Counted from the first letter of the stretch, positions 10,801-22,290 are shown. The stretch: 64,000 nt of DNA from Nitrososphaerales archaeon (GCA_965197925.1 CBDAOC010000018.1:1-64000), one strand, 5' to 3'. Numbers and translations are program-made. Notes: generated from the letters alone by a model not told the origin.

Positions 10801-11175
10801 AAATAAGTATAAATCAATAGATGAGTTCCCGATGTTGGAAGTATATTTAGGATATAAGGAAGAATTTTATGATGAATATGACGCAGAACGTTTTTACTAG
10901 AACAAATTTGCATTGTATATGTTAACTCATTCCTACCAAACCAAATTTGAGTGGGTTTGGATCAATCAGCTTATACCAGAGGAATCACAATGAGTATATT
11001 GAGAATCTACCGGGTTCAGAGATTCAGTGTCGATGTGGCGCCTCTGGATATGGCGTAAAGTATTACTGGGTTAGAAAATGCCTACATTGATTATTCAGAC
11101 AAATTCATAATAGATCATTTTATGTTGTATTGATAAACTTTGACTGAACTTGCTCCTAAAGCAATACAAACATCA

Positions 11176-12630
11176 TTAAGTTTCAACTACAAACAAGAGC
11201 TGTCCGATTTGTTTTGACAATTCAACATTACCACAAACTATCACAATCCTGTCACCATGTTTCATAAGCTTCTCCTTAACCAGTTTGTTAATTGAATCAT
11301 CAAGAAGGTCGGTTAGGTTGTCCAGCTTGCTTATCTGTATTGGGTATACCCCCCATACAATTTTTAATTTCCTAAGGAGTTGATGATTATTTGTTAGTGC
11401 TATTATAGGAGCCTTTGGTCTAAACCTCGAAATCCTTGATGGCATCTCTCCAGAATTTGTGAGAGATACGAGTAGTTTTGAACCAATATCAAGAGAAATC
11501 TGATTCGCAGCCTCACTTACCGCATCCCTTATATCCTCATGTAAAAAACCACTTTTTGCAGCATGTTTTGAATTACTCAGCATCTTTTGCTCTGTGGTAA
11601 CTGATACTCTATTGAGTACATCAACGCATTCTATAGGATGTTTTCCAATGGAGGTTTCTTCAGAAAGCATCACAGAGTCGGTTCCGTCGAATATTGCAGT
11701 TGCTATATCAGTAACCTCCGCCCTAGTGGGTACTGAATTATTTACCATCGACTCCAGCATTTGAGTAGCAACGATTACAGGTATCGCATTTCTGTTACAA
11801 TCAGATATTATAAACTTTTGAATTATTGGTACCTGTTCCAGAGCGATTTCTACTCCCAGATCTCCCCTTGCCACCATTACTGCATCTGATACCTGTATAA
11901 TGCTTTCAATATTACCCACAGCCTGCTTCTTCTCGATCTTGGCTATAATTGAAGACGTTTTATTTTTTTTCTTTATGAATTTACGCACACGTTCAATATC
12001 TGCAGCCTCTCTAATGAAAGATACGGCAACTAAATCCACGTCACTTTTTAAACCGAATTCAAGATGTTGCTTATCTAGATCAGTAAATGATCTAAAATCT
12101 TGGTTGAGGTGTGGAATATTCACACCCTTCCCTGATAACAATTCTCCCCCGAGCTCACATTTACATTTAATGTCAGTGTCATTGGTTTCCAAAACCTTGA
12201 GTCTTATTGAGCCATCAGACAAAAATATTGTTTTCCCAGGAGTAATGTATCTTGGCAAATCGTCATATTTGATAGGAATTTTTTTTTCATTGCCAACTAT
12301 ATTTTCTGTAGTGAGTGACAAAGAGGAACCCTTGCCGAGATATACAAATCCTTTGTTTAACTTTCCAACCCTGATCTTGGGTCCTGGCAGATCTTGTATT
12401 ACTGGTATATGTTTGCCAAGTTTGGTAGATATTTTTCTTATTAAATTAATAGTGCGTAAATGTTCAGAATGTTTTCCATGTGAAAAATTTAATCTAGCGC
12501 AATCCATTCCAGATTTTATTAGCTTTTCTATCATACCTGTTGAACATGTAGAAGGGCCAATGGTACAAACTATCTTGGTTCTTCTCAATTTTAGGGGGTT
12601 CTTTGGGAATGACATTTTGACTAACTTCAA
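11176..12630 (-). CDS. pyk: Pyruvate kinase
   Basis: RRTKIVCTIGP, RLNFSHG, DLPGPKIR, AKIE, MVARGDLGVE, ATQMLESM. Confidence 0.97.
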   Translation of the reverse strand: MKLVKMSFPKNPLKLRRTKIVCTIGPSTCSTGMIEKLIKSGMDCARLNFSHGKHSEHLRTINLIRKISTKLGKHIPVIQDLPGPKIRVGKLNKGFVYLGKGSSLSLTTENIVGNEKKIPIKYDDLPRYITPGKTIFLSDGSIRLKVLETNDTDIKCKCELGGELLSGKGVNIPHLNQDFRSFTDLDKQHLEFGLKSDVDLVAVSFIREAADIERVRKFIKKKNKTSSIIAKIEKKQAVGNIESIIQVSDAVMVARGDLGVEIALEQVPIIQKFIISDCNRNAIPVIVATQMLESMVNNSVPTRAEVTDIATAIFDGTDSVMLSEETSIGKHPIECVDVLNRVSVTTEQKMLSNSKHAAKSGFLHEDIRDAVSEAANQISLDIGSKLLVSLTNSGEMPSRISRFRPKAPIIALTNNHQLLRKLKIVWGVYPIQISKLDNLTDLLDDSINKLVKEKLMKHGDRIVIVCGNVELSKQIGQLLFVVET

Positions 12631-13037
12631 ATAATAATTTTGCTAAAGTATAATTGTTATCCCATTGTTCTCATTATAATCTTTCTATAAACATCAATAA
12701 CCGATATTTGATCGCTTGTTTTATCGTTGCTTTCAGCCGCTTTAGTCTCCTGTCAGAATTTACAGATGGACTAAATGATGTTTACTTATCGCCTAAGGTT
12801 CCTTTAAGGCTTGGGATCAGCTATTTTGGTTGATTAAATTTGGATCCTATTCCAACATATACTTCCCCTAACACAAAAGTCAGGATTATGGTGCCGTCCA
12901 AACTTAGAGATGGCTCACAACCTCCTGCTTGAATTATTATTATACTAACCCCATCCTTCTTGAAGACTATAGCAAGCAACCTACAGGTCTATGTTTATCT
13001 ATTTAGTGACATTTATCGCTTATGGAGATGCAAATGA

Positions 13038-14034
13038 TTGGTAGTTGAACTTGTAAGTGGAGCAATAAATTGGGATACGAGTATATTTGTAGATAAGTTC
13101 CCTAACCCAAAAGAAGTCAAGGCCAAGAAAATAATAAGCATGCCGGTGGAAAGGGTGCGAACATCGCTGTAGCATCTGCGAGGATACTTGGTGCGAACAG
13201 CGTAGGGCTGATTGGTGCATTGGGTGATGATGAATTAGCTGATAGGCATTTAGAGATACTGAAAGAAGAAGGTATTGATATTACTTTAATAAAACGAATA
13301 AAAAATGTAAGTTCAGGTCAAGCATTTGAGGTAATTGATCGTACAGGCGAGAATTTTATTATTACATACAAGGCTGTGAACCACATGATTACTGCTAAAA
13401 TGATCAACGATACGGTTTTCGATAAATCACTAAAGGAATGTAAATTAATTACTGTCACAGATCTTCCGTTGCAAGTTGCTGGTATAATCATTTTTAGAGC
13501 AAGTGACTTGCACAGACTAATTGTGTGGTCTCCAGCAATGCTGGTAAGGAATGGATTCCACAAAATCAAAGAAATACTTCAGAAAACGGACTATCTTATT
13601 CTCAATGAACCTGAAACGAGAATACTTTCAGACATGATTGATATAAAAAAAGGCATGTTCAATGCTGTCAGCAAAGATGGATGGAAAAAAAGTAAAAGTA
13701 CCATGGGTGCTAGAGGTTGCATTCTTTGTTGGCAGAACAAGATTGCAACTATTCCGACACCAACGCCTCTAAATCTAAATCTGGAAATCGTAAATACGGT
13801 AGGATCTGGAGACGCGTTCGCAGGTGTTTTTCCGCTCTTAAAATAGAAGGGGTTGATGATTTAGAGGCATTGTTTATGGCAAATGTGGCAGGTTTATTGA
13901 AAAGTAAAGGGAAGAGACACGCAGAAGTCCAAGATATAAAGAGATTAGACAGTGTTTCGATGAAAAACATGTGCGCAAAATGTATAATAAGATCAATGTC
14001 TCCTGAATATTTCCATAAATTTATCCAATGTTGA
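13038..14034 (+). pseudogene. PfkB/ribokinase-family carbohydrate kinase, frameshifted
   Basis: GAINWD, frameshift to GGKGANIAVA...IGALGDD, LNEPE, NTVGSGDAFAG, frameshift to FMANVAG. Confidence 0.85.
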
Positions 14035-14885
14035 AGTATTTATGTTTGGAGAGTTGGGTACCCCGCCTTCAATGATACGGTCTAACGAGTATGAAACTTT
14101 CCAAATTTAAGGCTGATCTTAAAGATAATTGTTCAAAAGGTTTTAAGTTAAGAAACTCTGAAATACAAACGCGTCATGAAGATAAAGAATTAAATCTTAA
14201 AATATGCTGTGATAATATTTTGACTTTCTCACTTTGTTTCTTATGGTTTAGCATTCCTCTAGTACTATTTTTATCAATCGTACATCCTTGATCTTTTAGT
14301 AAATCTATTCTACATCATAAATCCCTTCACATTAACCGAATACAATTCATCGCCCTCATGATCCTAACCATAATGAATGTTGTGAAAGGAGAACTGCTTA
14401 ATACAGTGTGTCTTTGCATAAATACCTCCCAACTGGACCATCTTTCTATGTTTCGATATCAATGGAGAATCATATAATAGTATAAAGCAATATTAGTTAA
14501 ATATCCAGTAAAATATTCTAATCGGTTTGTATTGTACTTTGTCAGAGCATTAAACAAAAATTTCTGAACATGCAATTGGTCATCCTCCCATATTCAGTTT
14601 AGCATCACAAGACGATCAAAGTAATGCATAAGTTCAAAATGAATTGAGGTTTACAACGGGGGTTATGTCTCCATGGCGATATAACAATATTTTTTCTATC
14701 ATATTTATTCTTTCTAATGTTTAATATGTAAAATTGTTTATTTTGTATTTCAAACTGCAATTGTAATGACCAATATGTATACCCTTAAACTATTCTTTGA
14801 TATTAATGGCAGAACACTATTATCAATTCATTAAACCGTACCAAGATCTGATTACATGAAAGTATTTCAACAAATATAATAAGTC

Positions 14886-15520
14886 TTGACGAGTGATGTG
14901 TGTTTGATGACTTTCTTGGGAGTCTCTGCAACGCGGAGATATTATCAATTTGTTTTAGGAATGGCTTTAGCTGTTTCATTGGAGGCCCCAAAGGGATCAA
15001 CCAATACCCTTATCTCCTATTTTAGTAAAAAATATTCCCGTCTCTCAGGATTCACAGTTGGAATGGTGACTTGCAGCGCAGATGCAATAATTCTGGTGTT
15101 AATTTTCTTCACTCGCTTTGCACGGAAATTAACAAATTTGGTAGGTAACAATTTGTTGCTTGTTGGCGGAATAGTGATGATCATGTTTGCAATAGTTATT
15201 GCTAAAAGTTTCATTAAACAGCAATTTAATTACAAGTATTCCGGTTTAAATCTAGTATTTCTTATTTCGCGGGTCTAACAACAAATATTGTTCCTGCACT
15301 ATACCCTGGTGGTTAACAGTGGGTCCTGAATTGGTGATAAGATTAGGTTTTGCTATTGTTAGTTTTTTTACATTATTAATGATTTCGAATATATTATTTC
15401 CAAATTTGTTAACGTATAGTAAAAGATGATTCCCACTTCAAAAATATGTAACTTTCTTTGCTGTGTCAACTCTATCTGTCCTTGGTATTTGGTTTGTAAT
15501 TGGCTACTTATCCACTAAAA
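14886..15520 (+). pseudogene. LysE-family translocator remnant
   Basis: LGMALAVSLEAPKGSTNTLI...GFTVG...ADAI, then out-of-frame WWLTVGPE. Confidence 0.6.
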
Positions 15521-16049
15521 AAGAAGATTTTTATCCTAGATTAATTGTCGATCGGTCACAAAAGTGATTCAGGTAGCACTTTTAGAAATTTATTTGTGAA
15601 ATCTATTTAAAGATAATGGGTTCAAACATTCCTCAATCACTAGTGATAATTGCTATCAATAAACAATTTAAACAACCTATTGGATGAATTACCCACTAGT
15701 GTATGTGGTACATGTGTACACTGGGACAAGGAATTGGGAAGTATGAATTTATTAATTCCTGCTATCCCACTCAATTCCTGTTGAGAAATTATTAGTAACA
15801 GCAATTCTCAGTGCTTATAACTCTCAACTAAATAAAAGTATCCTTTACAAAATTATCGAACTTGTTTTCAGTCTCCTGTTCAAATGTCCTAATTAAGATT
15901 TTCAGATGGGACGGATTGTAAATCGATAAATTATTTATATAAAATTTGTTCTATTCATGATTTTTTTTGAAAATGAACTTACATTATCAATATAATAAAA
16001 AAGGATGAAAGGGTTTATACGAAACTGTAAATATAAATTATTAATAATA

Positions 16050-17216
16050 CTATTGCAATATCAATTTCTTCGCCAGTTTTATCTGTATTAAATCTTTCTG
16101 GTTATTGGTGCCTGTCCGAATACTGCTACTTATGTCGTTGCGTGACAAGTAGTTTGTTAACAACAATATCCATGGCATTATATTCCTTGCATTGGCAGGA
16201 GACTCGATTATGATCAAATTATCATTCTGTTCGTATCTTAATGTGGCAGAACAGGTTATACCTAAAGAGGCATTGATTACATCTAACATCTCTGAAAGTC
16301 TAAGCGTTTCTAAGTTTACACCATTGGATTCTAGATGATGATTAATATCTTGTTGCTTTGGCATATCGTTCATAAGGTTATCTGCTAGATAACCACAGAC
16401 ATTCTGGTCAATTACGCTAACAAGTTTTAACGTGGTTTTTGCAAGGTTATTGTCCAACGATGTCAAAAAAGTACCGTCTATCCCATTCGCCCAAGCAATA
16501 TTGAATATCCTTGTATGCAATCTGCTTAAAACATTCATTGACCTAAAGAGTACACCCTTACCGGTACTACTAGATACTAGAACAATAATAGATTTATCAA
16601 ACACAAACATGTTTGAGGCACCATCGCCTATCCGTACTGTTACACCATAGGGTATTGATTGTAGAGTATCGCTGTCAAGACATCTCTTGCTTAAAAGTAA
16701 TTTTACATGTATTTGTTTTGTAACAGACTTCACAATAGTATGTTTACACTTTGATATTATCTCTAATCCCCAACCATCTATGATACACGCAATTTCCTGT
16801 TTGGTACCAAGGATCAATTCGTTTAAAGTCATCAGTACTTGATTTGGGTCTAGCGTAAGATACCTGTGCTCCTCCGTACCATTCTGTTTGTTACTTTCTT
16901 CATTTATCTTTTTGAGTTTTGCTATCATAACTCTCATATCACTAATTTTGCTCTCCTCTGCCATTATTAGCTCCTCAAAAGCGCTATCTGGACGTATTGC
17001 TGTGCATACTCGAGGTTTATCTTGAGTGATTAAAACCAAGCGTTTCTTGGAAAGCTTTGTAAGTGTAGAATAGACCTTATTTCTTGGTAAATTGGCAAAA
17101 TAGGCAAGCTCACTTGCAGAAAGTGGTCCTTTGCTCAATAATGTCAGATATGCCCTCGCTTCGTAATTGCTTAGTCCTAATTCCTGTAGGCTTGTGGCTA
17201 GATCATGAATTCCCAT
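16050..17216 (-). CDS. TrmB-family transcriptional regulator
   Basis: LGLSNYEARAYLTLL..GPLSASELA...PRNKVY wHTH. Confidence 0.9.
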   Translation of the reverse strand: MGIHDLATSLQELGLSNYEARAYLTLLSKGPLSASELAYFANLPRNKVYSTLTKLSKKRLVLITQDKPRVCTAIRPDSAFEELIMAEESKISDMRVMIAKLKKINEESNKQNGTEEHRYLTLDPNQVLMTLNELILGTKQEIACIIDGWGLEIISKCKHTIVKSVTKQIHVKLLLSKRCLDSDTLQSIPYGVTVRIGDGASNMFVFDKSIIVLVSSSTGKGVLFRSMNVLSRLHTRIFNIAWANGIDGTFLTSLDNNLAKTTLKLVSVIDQNVCGYLADNLMNDMPKQQDINHHLESNGVNLETLRLSEMLDVINASLGITCSATLRYEQNDNLIIIESPANARNIMPWILLLTNYLSRNDISSSIRTGTNNQKDLIQIKLAKKLILQ

Positions 17217-17377
17217 TTACATTTACATGCCTTGAAGAAAGGTAAGTATCATAGGCAAATACATTTGAATAGTCGCTCAAATAATTCCATTTAGTAAACA
17301 ATGTTTGCAATGTTAATCAAATTGCAAGCACATAGGGCTATTAGTGCTATATCTGGATTAGATCAAGCGGTGTAAAC

Positions 17378-18019
17378 ATGTCATTTGCAACAAAATGGAT
17401 GAAATCGAACGGGTCTAATGCGGGAGAGAAGCTTCATGCTGCTATTAAACCCGCGGGACCATTAAAGCCCCGTATAGAACATGCGCAGAGAAGATTGCAA
17501 TTACAGATTTCGAGGTTGGACTCTATAACGAATAAACTAAAAGAAAAAGATCAGGCTCTGTTCAGGAAGATCGTAAACTCCATTCAACAACATGACACTC
17601 AATATTCGAGTGTATTGTCCAATGAGTTGGCACAGATAAGAAAGATGGGCAAGATGGTGAGTCATGCCAGGCTAGCACTGGAACAGATACAGATCAGGCT
17701 AAGTACTATCACGGAACTAGGTGATGTTGTCGTGACACTGAGTCCGGCGATGGCGGTTGTCAAAAACGTGAAAGCAGGATTATCTACTATGATGCCTGAA
17801 GTGGAGAATGAAATGGGTGAGATTTCGCAGATGTTAGGCGGAATACTAATGGATGCTGGACAGGTAGGAGGATACACTATAAACTTCGATTCTGCGAATG
17901 AAGAGGCAACTAAGATAATGGAAGAGGCCGCTAGTGTTGCTGAGAACAATATGAAGGACAAGTTTCCAGATCTGCCTGCTACAATAGATGAAGAAACTGC
18001 AAAAGGGGTGACAGGATAA
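17378..18019 (+). CDS. cdvB: ESCRT-III/Snf7 cell-division protein (CdvB paralog)
   Basis: Snf7 helical core (LEQIQIRLSTITELGD), EEATKIMEEA..KFPDLP C-terminal motif; upstream of cdvC. Confidence 0.92.
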   Translation: MSFATKWMKSNGSNAGEKLHAAIKPAGPLKPRIEHAQRRLQLQISRLDSITNKLKEKDQALFRKIVNSIQQHDTQYSSVLSNELAQIRKMGKMVSHARLALEQIQIRLSTITELGDVVVTLSPAMAVVKNVKAGLSTMMPEVENEMGEISQMLGGILMDAGQVGGYTINFDSANEEATKIMEEAASVAENNMKDKFPDLPATIDEETAKGVTG

Positions 18020-18093
18020 ACACGATGTTTGTAGGGGTAGCAAAGTTTCAATCTTTGCTATCCTTCAAACTTTATTTTTTTGTGGTGCTAATA

Positions 18094-18669
18094 ATGCATT
18101 CGTTATCTAGTTTCTTTTCCTTGAAGAAAGATGTGGATTTAAGGAAACGGACATTTCAAGCCATGAATAACCTCGAGGATGAAATAATGGCAATGCATTC
18201 ATTACAGGATAAACTACATAAGCATGTTAATGATTCGGTATTGGACGCTATAAAGTTAGATAATAAAGAATTTGATACATATTATAAAGGCGGATATGAA
18301 AACCTTGTAAATCTTCTTGATATAGTGAAATTTTTTGAAAAACTACTTGAAATTTTATCAGTTAAGATGGATACTACTCGGTACCTACAAGAGTTCGTGA
18401 ATATCCTGGAAAGTGCTATATGTTCAGCAAATGCAATGAAATCAAATTTGGTTAGATCAGTGACAGAAGTTGATTCTACTTTGGAGAAAATACGCAATTC
18501 TATAATGGAAATAAAGACAGAACTAAATATCATTGAACCAAATTACGAATTACCCGCTATGGTAACACAAGTTAGTATTGAGTTACCTTCAATCCAGCGG
18601 TCAAGGATTAGAAATAATAGTGCAATAAATTTAACCACTTTTGCTACTGCAGTTCACACTCATGTATAG
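18094..18669 (+). CDS. Divergent ESCRT-III-like coiled-coil protein
   Basis: Manually alignable to the adjacent CdvB over about 125 aa; start taken at ATG 18094 (ORF open from 18025). Confidence 0.6.
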   Translation: MHSLSSFFSLKKDVDLRKRTFQAMNNLEDEIMAMHSLQDKLHKHVNDSVLDAIKLDNKEFDTYYKGGYENLVNLLDIVKFFEKLLEILSVKMDTTRYLQEFVNILESAICSANAMKSNLVRSVTEVDSTLEKIRNSIMEIKTELNIIEPNYELPAMVTQVSIELPSIQRSRIRNNSAINLTTFATAVHTHV

Positions 18670-18712
18670 GTAAACGATAAAGCCATCAATAACGGTCTAG
18701 GAGATGGTTTAA

Positions 18713-19894
18713 TTGGCATTAGCACCACAAGAATTGGAAAATCATGCTAGCAGACTTGCTGAAGAAGCTATCAGACTGGACTCACAAGGTTCAAGGGGTA
18801 TGGCCATACAGAATTATCAGGGTGCTGTTGAATCACTGCTAAAACTTGTTCGCTTGTATCCTGATTATAAATTGAACAAAATATATGTTGAAAGAGCGGA
18901 AACATATCAAAATAGGATAAAGGCTTTACAGGAATCCAGGGGATTTGATGAAGGTGACGGCACCTCAAAGCCACATAATGGCAACGGAAGGTCGGGCGGT
19001 TCTGTCGAAACAGTAAAGGCGAATTTCGATGATCTCATTATCAAGGATAAACCTAAAATAAGTTGGGACGAGGTGGTAGGTCTTGAAGATGCAAAACGCG
19101 CATTGAATGAATCTATAGTGTATCCTGCTCAAAGACCAGACTTGTTTCCTCTTGGATGGCCTAACGGTATATTGCTATTTGGTCCTCCAGGTAATGGGAA
19201 GACATTGATAGCAGCCGCTACGGCAAGTGAAATAGCGGGATATTTTATCAACGTTGATGCTGCATCAATGATGAGTAAGTGGTTGGGGGAAGCTGAGAAA
19301 AACGTCGCAAAATTATTTTCGATGGCAAGAAGTATTTCTAAGGAGGAAAAGGTTCCTGCTATTTTATTTATAGATGAATTAGATTCACTACTAGGCACAA
19401 GAACTAATGAAGTAGGGGGCGAGATAAGGGTCAAGAATCAATTCCTTACTGAAATGGATGGTATAGCAAATAAATCAAAAGCCCTTCAATTATATGTTAT
19501 TGGAGCTACTAACAAACCTTGGAGTTTAGATTCACCTTTTCTCCGGAGATTCCAAAAAAGGATCTTTATTTCACTTCCTGATATGGCTGGAAGGCTTGAG
19601 ATGTTGAGAGTATATACATCTCAATTGCATGTCGATGGAAACCTAAAGTTAGAAGAACTAGCTAAGATAACAGAGGGATACTCTGCTAGTGATATACGCG
19701 ATATATGCCAATCGGTGCAATTGAGAGTTGTAAATGAATTATTTGAAAGCGGGAAAGCTAATGAGAATGATGCAAAGACTCGTTCCATTACATTGAATGA
19801 CTTGAAAAATAGTCTGAAATCAAGAAGACCGAGTGTGAGTGTAGATATGCTGAGGGCATATGCAAGATGGACGGAGCAGTTTAAAGCTCTTTAG
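18713..19894 (+). CDS. cdvC: Vps4/CdvC AAA ATPase
   Basis: N-terminal MIT domain, GPPGNGKT, SKWLGEAEK, FIDE, ATNKPW, RRFQKR. Confidence 0.95.
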   Translation: MALAPQELENHASRLAEEAIRLDSQGSRGMAIQNYQGAVESLLKLVRLYPDYKLNKIYVERAETYQNRIKALQESRGFDEGDGTSKPHNGNGRSGGSVETVKANFDDLIIKDKPKISWDEVVGLEDAKRALNESIVYPAQRPDLFPLGWPNGILLFGPPGNGKTLIAAATASEIAGYFINVDAASMMSKWLGEAEKNVAKLFSMARSISKEEKVPAILFIDELDSLLGTRTNEVGGEIRVKNQFLTEMDGIANKSKALQLYVIGATNKPWSLDSPFLRRFQKRIFISLPDMAGRLEMLRVYTSQLHVDGNLKLEELAKITEGYSASDIRDICQSVQLRVVNELFESGKANENDAKTRSITLNDLKNSLKSRRPSVSVDMLRAYARWTEQFKAL

Positions 19895-20114
19895 GCTGTA
19901 CTTCTTCTATTCATTTTAATATAGGTCGAATCGTTGTATCCTATAATAAAATTAGAAAACATAATAAGGAAAAAATCCATATGAAATGCTAGTTAGTTAT
20001 AGGTTGTCATTGATTATTGAATAATGGTATGATTTGGTCTATTTCTTATACTATGGTTAATTCCTTGATGTCGATGATAAGAAGGGAGAACAAAACGAAT
20101 ACTTCTAAATAATT

Positions 20115-20888
20115 GAGGGTTGGGAATAATAAAGCAATAAGAATACATGCTGTAGATGGATACGGTTTAACTAATTGTCCAATATATACTTCAATTCTCT
20201 TAATGTTCTTCCTGCTATAGATAGTTGTAGTAAACCGTTACCTGCTAAAACAATAGTGATAGCAACACTATACCCCTTGCCTTATAGAATCCTCTAACTG
20301 GTAATGGATCTATTGCAAATATATCCTTCGTATGCTCTATCAAAGGTTCAATGCTTACGCTCCTGAGATAGTATGTGTACTACCCAAATTCCGATTGAAA
20401 GAACCGTAATAATGCTAACATATCGTTGTCTATTGTATGCTCACACCTTTGCAATGGAAATACAAGCAGGAATCCTTTACCTGCTGAAATCACATAACTT
20501 GTGATCATCATATCCTTCATCTCCTACAACAAACCTTACCATTCCTAAAGGCAATGAAGATGTTATGCTTTCATACGTCTTGTTATCAGTAATGTTAGCT
20601 GTTGTGAAATCAGCTGATTATGGAACTATCAACGTACTTATGCTACATGCTAGATACAGTTTGTATCTGAATCCCCATTCCTTTGTTCTACTGAATCCCC
20701 GTAGAGCATCCGTATCTATCTATACCTGAACGTGGTACTTCATCCTTCTTCGTGCTTGATCTATGCCAATCACGTCCTTTTGCTTTCAATAATGAACTGT
20801 CAACGAATACTATGGATAGGTTTACCAACACATCTTTTATGAAGAGCATACCCATAGCATCTATCCTTGATCTTATATCAATTGATAT
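20115..20888 (-). mobile_element. Degenerate, 5'-truncated type B IS (copy 3)
   Basis: Degenerate TIR GAGGGTTGGGAATAAT at 20115; colinear similarity to about 9800-10463; ends abruptly at the neighbouring IS TIR. Confidence 0.8.
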
Positions 20889-21764
20889 TCAACTCATCTC
20901 AAAACCCTACAATACATCAAAAATGATGCAAGATTAACAAATGCCAGGTAGTTTTCTGCCGTTCTTTCATACCTGGTTCTTGTTCTGTGAAATCCATTCT
21001 TGAGCCATGCAAGGAATCTCTCAACTACAAATCTTGTCTTGCTGTAATGTTTGTAATCATTATTTTGCAAGATGAACTTGGAATTTATTTTGTATGGGAT
21101 GCAACATGCAATATTTCTATTCCACAACCACAAATACATTCTGATGTATTTTGCATCATTTTGTCTGCATAAACTGGTTCTATCTGTTGTATTGAATCAT
21201 CATCAAGATAGTCTGAAATTGATCCTGTAACATCCATGCATTTTGTACTGTCATGTTCATTTGCTGGACTCAACAGTATGGATATTGGAAATCCGTTACC
21301 CTCTACTGCGGCATGTATTTTTGTACCTGTTATTCTCTTGAATCCATTATATCTAGTTAATTGCCCCTTTTTTATCAGGAATGGGTGGAGTCAACTGATT
21401 TTTGTAGACTAATTTTGCCAGATTTATGTGCTGAGTGAATAGTACGTGATAGAATCTTTTTCCAGATTCCTTTTTGTTGCCATTTGTTTAACCCTCTGTT
21501 TGCAGTAGAATCATCACCATATCTTTTTGGCATATCGTCCCATCGGCATCCAGTAGTTAGAACATGGATTATTCCGTTAATGATTTTTCTATCATAATCC
21601 CTAGGCCTGCCAGTTTTTGCATGTGGTGGTATGTGTGATTCTATCATACTCCACTGTTTGTCTGATAATTCTTGGAATTTCATAAAATAATTTTAGATGT
21701 CGCTATTCATGGATCTAAATGGTCGCTAAAAATTGTCTAAATGGTTAGTTTTGAGATGAGTTGA
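20889..21764 (-). mobile_element. IS5-family (IS427-like) insertion sequence, type C, degraded
   Basis: 17-bp perfect IR TCAACTCATCTCAAAAC / GTTTTGAGATGAGTTGA; orfA LSDKQW...VLTTGCRWDDMPKRYG; fragments with RFVVERFLAWLK. Confidence 0.88.
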
Positions 21765-22133
21765 TTATGGAAAGAGCGTCAAACATAATGCTATTATCTG
21801 TCGTTGTAGCAGACAAGGGGCATGATAGCGAAGCGAATCGTGAATTTGTACGAGAAGAACTCGATGCTGTTGGTATAATACTAGCTAGACATGAAGATGT
21901 CCCTGTATGGAGGACGCATGGAAGATATGGGAAACAGATGAAGAGGAGATTCTATACACGCCTATACCGTCAAAGAAGCAAGAACTAGACGATATTGTCT
22001 GTGGTATAGAGAATGTTTGGAGAGCATGTAGCATCAAGCCTTGTCAAGATGCAGGACAGGAAATCAGCATCTAGGGTAATTGCTTGCAATATGCACAGAA
22101 TCACTATCTATATAGTATGGTTTCTACAGAGCC
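21765..22133 (+). mobile_element. 3' remnant of an IS5-like (ISH1-type) transposase with terminal repeat, type D
   Basis: VVADKGHDSEANREF...YRQRSKN* continuing with stops; ends GGTTTCTACAGAGCC, a typical IS terminus. Confidence 0.7.
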
Positions 22134-22159
22134 ACCGGTATATGAACTAGATATGTTAG

Positions 22160-22290
22160 CGGGCCCGGCCGGATTCGAACCGGCGACCTTTAGCCGAAGT
22201 CTAATTGAGTTAGAACTTCTACAGCTGTCACCATGGATTAGGAGGTTCAGCCCAAAGTCTGCCGCGCTATCCATGCTGCGCTACGAGCCC
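22160..22290 (-). tRNA. tRNA-Arg(CCT) with three introns (30/31: 22246-22258; 37/38: 22227-22238; 43/44: 22190-22220)
   Basis: Removing 13+12+31 nt gives a 75-nt cloverleaf: GGGCTCG/CGGGCCC, GCAGC-CTCCTAA-GCTGT, GGTTCGAATCC; each junction forms a BHB-like motif. Confidence 0.88.

Noticed and set aside
11900..12634. 244-aa plus-strand ORF and similar antisense ORFs (10146, 17662, 29499, 48711, 58194, 62007)
   Set aside because: Shadow frames opposite well-supported genes, with no motifs
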